Source of the DNA: a virus
Taxonomy: Duplodnaviria > Caudoviricetes
IMG/VR virus record: IMGVR_UViG_3300048598_000527
Location: 1 to 38,555 of that record
DNA: 38,555 nt
Reading direction: 5' to 3' (one strand)
Shown here: positions 36,177-38,555 of the stretch, piece after piece
Layout: each line of letters opens with the position of its first letter
Numbering within the stretch: position 1 is the stretch's first letter
Position numbers and translations under genes: made by a program
Notes under the pieces: model-generated
Told to the model about the DNA's origin: nothing
The model's database searches: none
The model's input: only the letters and a program-made list of their open reading frames with translations

Positions 36177-36387
36177 GAGTCGGGAAGGACTGCGTTACGA
36201 ACCGGCCGGTTTCCGGTTCAGGGATGCGAACTATGGAGATATGGTCTATGTCACCGAGGGACATATGGCCGGGTGGCTCTCGTATCGGCATCCGGACGGC
36301 TACTTCGTGTCCCTGCGCAAGGCGACGCCCGAGGATCTAAAACGGCTCGGCATAGGGCCGCAGAGAGCGGAGGAGCACAGGCCATGA
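36169..36387 (+). CDS. Hypothetical protein
   Basis: GGAGGT RBS; GWLSYRHPDGYFVSLRKAT. Confidence 0.65.
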   Translation: MAESREGLRYEPAGFRFRDANYGDMVYVTEGHMAGWLSYRHPDGYFVSLRKATPEDLKRLGIGPQRAEEHRP

Positions 36388-37190
36388 ACGTCGCGAGCCT
36401 CTTCCCCCTTCCCCAGCCCCGCCGGACCGGTACCCGGGAGTGGGCGGAGCTCAACAACAACATATTCCTCGGCTGCCTCCACGACTGCCGGTACTGCTAC
36501 GCGCGCAAGAACGCGCTGCGCCGGGGCAGGATCGACCGGCCGGAGAAGTGGACGACCATGTCTCCCATGCTCAACGAGCTCAAGAGACCCGCGTTCAAGG
36601 CCGGGGGCCGCATCATGTTCCCCACGCAACACGATTTGTTGCCGGAGCACCTGGACACGATCCTCGAGTACCTCAAGAAATGGCTCAAGGTCGGCAACGA
36701 GATCCTCGTCGTCAGTAAGCCCCACGGCAAGGTAATCATCCCGCTCTGCAAGGAGCTCACGGCCTACCAGAGTCAAATCGTTTTCCGCTTCACTATCGGG
36801 AGCCTCGACGACGACGTGCTCCGATTCTGGGAGCCCCAGGCGCCCACCTTCGGCGAGCGTTGGGACTGCCTTAGATACGCCTGCGCGAAGGGTTACACGA
36901 CGTCCGTTTCGTGCGAGCCCTACCTCGACGGCAACGTGGTCGCCCTGGTCGAGAAACTGCTCCCCTACGTGAATGACACGATCTGGATCGGCCTCATGAA
37001 CCGGGTATTCGACCGGGTCAATACGCGGGACTGGAGCGAGCACCAAAAGAGCTACCTCAGGGCCGTCATACGCGCCCAGACAGACGAAGCAGTCCGCGAC
37101 CTATACACAACCCTTCGCGGCGAGCCAAAGGTGCGCTGGAAGGACAGCATAAAAGAAGTAATCGGCCTTCCCGGGGAGGATATAGGATGA
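36384..37190 (+). CDS. Radical SAM protein (SplB/DUF5131-like)
   Basis: GCLHDCRYCYAR CxxxCxxC; SVSCEP; IWIG. Confidence 0.85.
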   Translation: MNVASLFPLPQPRRTGTREWAELNNNIFLGCLHDCRYCYARKNALRRGRIDRPEKWTTMSPMLNELKRPAFKAGGRIMFPTQHDLLPEHLDTILEYLKKWLKVGNEILVVSKPHGKVIIPLCKELTAYQSQIVFRFTIGSLDDDVLRFWEPQAPTFGERWDCLRYACAKGYTTSVSCEPYLDGNVVALVEKLLPYVNDTIWIGLMNRVFDRVNTRDWSEHQKSYLRAVIRAQTDEAVRDLYTTLRGEPKVRWKDSIKEVIGLPGEDIG

Positions 37191-37819
37191 GCGCCGCCAC
37201 GGCAATCGACCTTAATCGGTTCTGCATGAAGGATAGTCACTTCGAGCTGGACGCCCCCTGGAACGAAGGGCCTTGGACCTTCGCGTCCGACGCTTTTGTT
37301 TTGGTACGGGTGCCCCATCGGGACGACATCCCCGCGCGTTCGGTCTCCTTGAGGCGGCAGGTAGTAGGTAACAATCGTTTCGACGAGGCATTTGCGCGCA
37401 ACGGAATATGGAGGCCTCTCCCGGAGCTGCAGGTTACACGGTCGTGTTCTGTCTGTCTGGGCATGGGGATGGCTTATGAGTGTCCCGAGTGTGGGGGCGG
37501 TTGGGATGAGTGTTTTTTATGTAAGGGAGACGGCCAGGTAATAGCCCTCCTGGCAGACCCCGTGGACATTTGTTTCGGGCCGGAGATCTGCAGAGCCTGT
37601 GAAGGTTGCGGGGAGGACATCCAGGACGCCGCCTTCCGCATAGGTGGAGTCCTTTTCGCGGCGGTAAACATAGTCAAGATGCGGACGCTCCCGGGCTGCG
37701 AGATCTCCGTCGCCGACGATGGAGAGTACCACCCCGAGCATTTCCGCTTCGAAGGCGGCGACGGCCTCATAATGCCGATAAAGCCCGAGTACGAAAAGCA
37801 CTGGAAGGTGATCGGATGA
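37187..37819 (+). CDS. Clamp-like protein with DnaJ-type zinc-finger insert
   Basis: ASDAFVLVRV..GLIMPIK flanking CSVCLGMG, CPECGGG, CFLCKGDG, CRACEGCG. Confidence 0.65.
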   Translation: MSAATAIDLNRFCMKDSHFELDAPWNEGPWTFASDAFVLVRVPHRDDIPARSVSLRRQVVGNNRFDEAFARNGIWRPLPELQVTRSCSVCLGMGMAYECPECGGGWDECFLCKGDGQVIALLADPVDICFGPEICRACEGCGEDIQDAAFRIGGVLFAAVNIVKMRTLPGCEISVADDGEYHPEHFRFEGGDGLIMPIKPEYEKHWKVIG

Positions 37820-38316
37820 AGCCCGTGTTTCAGTCCGTCATTGATCCCGACCGCGGGGACTGTCTACGTGCAGCTATCGCGAGCATCTTCGACCTGGAGC
37901 TCGAACAGGTGCCCAATTTCAGGCTGTACGGCGAACAGGCGTGGTTCAAGGTTTATTGGCACTTCCTCAGGAGCCTGGGTTACGAATTCTTCGGCACAGC
38001 CTATCGGGACCGGCATTCAGATCCCGACCGTCGCAATTACAGAAGCATCGATGGCTTTTATATCGCTTCCGTTCTGAGCCGGACTTTTGAAGGACGGCAG
38101 CATGCGGTAGTCATCAACGAGCAGGGTATGGTGGCACATGATCCTAACCCAAATAGGCTATGGCTCGGGGTGAATGTAGTCAGAACTGGGGAGCTCGTGG
38201 GCGTCGACATCATCGAGCGTGGCGAAAAACATCATACTATGCTTGACCTGGACGACGAGGAAATCAAAAAAGCCCTGCAGGCTGCCGGATGGACTCCTCC
38301 AGGAGGACCGGCATGA
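37816..38316 (+). CDS. Hypothetical protein, possible papain-like Cys/His fold
   Basis: GDCLRAAIASI..VPNF..HAVV..HDPNP. Confidence 0.55.
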   Translation: MKPVFQSVIDPDRGDCLRAAIASIFDLELEQVPNFRLYGEQAWFKVYWHFLRSLGYEFFGTAYRDRHSDPDRRNYRSIDGFYIASVLSRTFEGRQHAVVINEQGMVAHDPNPNRLWLGVNVVRTGELVGVDIIERGEKHHTMLDLDDEEIKKALQAAGWTPPGGPA

Positions 38317-38555
38317 TTCTCTTCGACAACATGGGGCACATAGTCTCCGACACGAGCGAACAGGAGCTCCATCGCTTCGCCCGCATGATACGGCTCGATC
38401 GTGCCTGGTATCAGAACGGTAAAGGCCTTCATCCCCACTATGACCTGACGACGGACAACGCCCGGGAACGAGCGAGAAAAGCCGGAGCAACCCAGGTGCC
38501 GCCGCAGGACCTCGTCCGCCGGGCGTGGTGGGCCGCAGGGAGGCGAAGCGCTTGA
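38313..38555 (+). CDS. DUF4031 family protein
   Basis: HIVSDT..ELHRFA..RAWYQ..HYDLT..RERARKAGA. Confidence 0.8.
   Translation: MILFDNMGHIVSDTSEQELHRFARMIRLDRAWYQNGKGLHPHYDLTTDNARERARKAGATQVPPQDLVRRAWWAAGRRSA

Larger units (their letters stand above)
1..38555. mobile_element. Temperate lambda-like siphophage (prophage or episomal genome, near complete)
   Basis: Contiguous gpA terminase, lambda portal, S49 protease, capsid, tail tube, tape measure, endolysin, cI/cro/cII and replication genes; no host housekeeping operon; no sheath gene seen. Confidence 0.96.

Noticed and set aside
1-38555. Abundant TCGA-containing hexamers (CTCGAG, GTCGAC)
   Set aside because: Explained by NTC-GAN codon pairs in this codon usage; enrichment cannot be quantified without computation

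Overview
The window holds most or all of a GC-rich temperate, lambda-like siphophage genome, read continuously across its cos junction. Order: replication initiator with internal iterons, cos, terS/terL (gpA type), a Xis/BldC-like HTH gene, gpW, lambda portal, S49 protease, scaffold, decoration protein and major capsid protein. An unusual ~9 kb insert follows (signal-peptide proteins, an O-antigen ligase-family gene, a beta-helix/SGNH protein, a repeat fibre module and scattered lysis genes). Then come head-tail and tail genes with a -1 frameshift chaperone and tape measure, a leftward block (cI, membrane protein, TPR lipoprotein, hicBA), the cI/cro switch, cII and early genes (two clamp-like proteins, ParB, radical SAM, DUF4031). 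No integrase is visible. Best leads: (1) a late-operon export and glycan-transfer cassette directly behind the capsid gene; (2) an HTH regulator ending in a near copy of the terminase C-terminal peptide, next to a direct-repeat promoter. All family calls come from motif reading and synteny; no searches were run.
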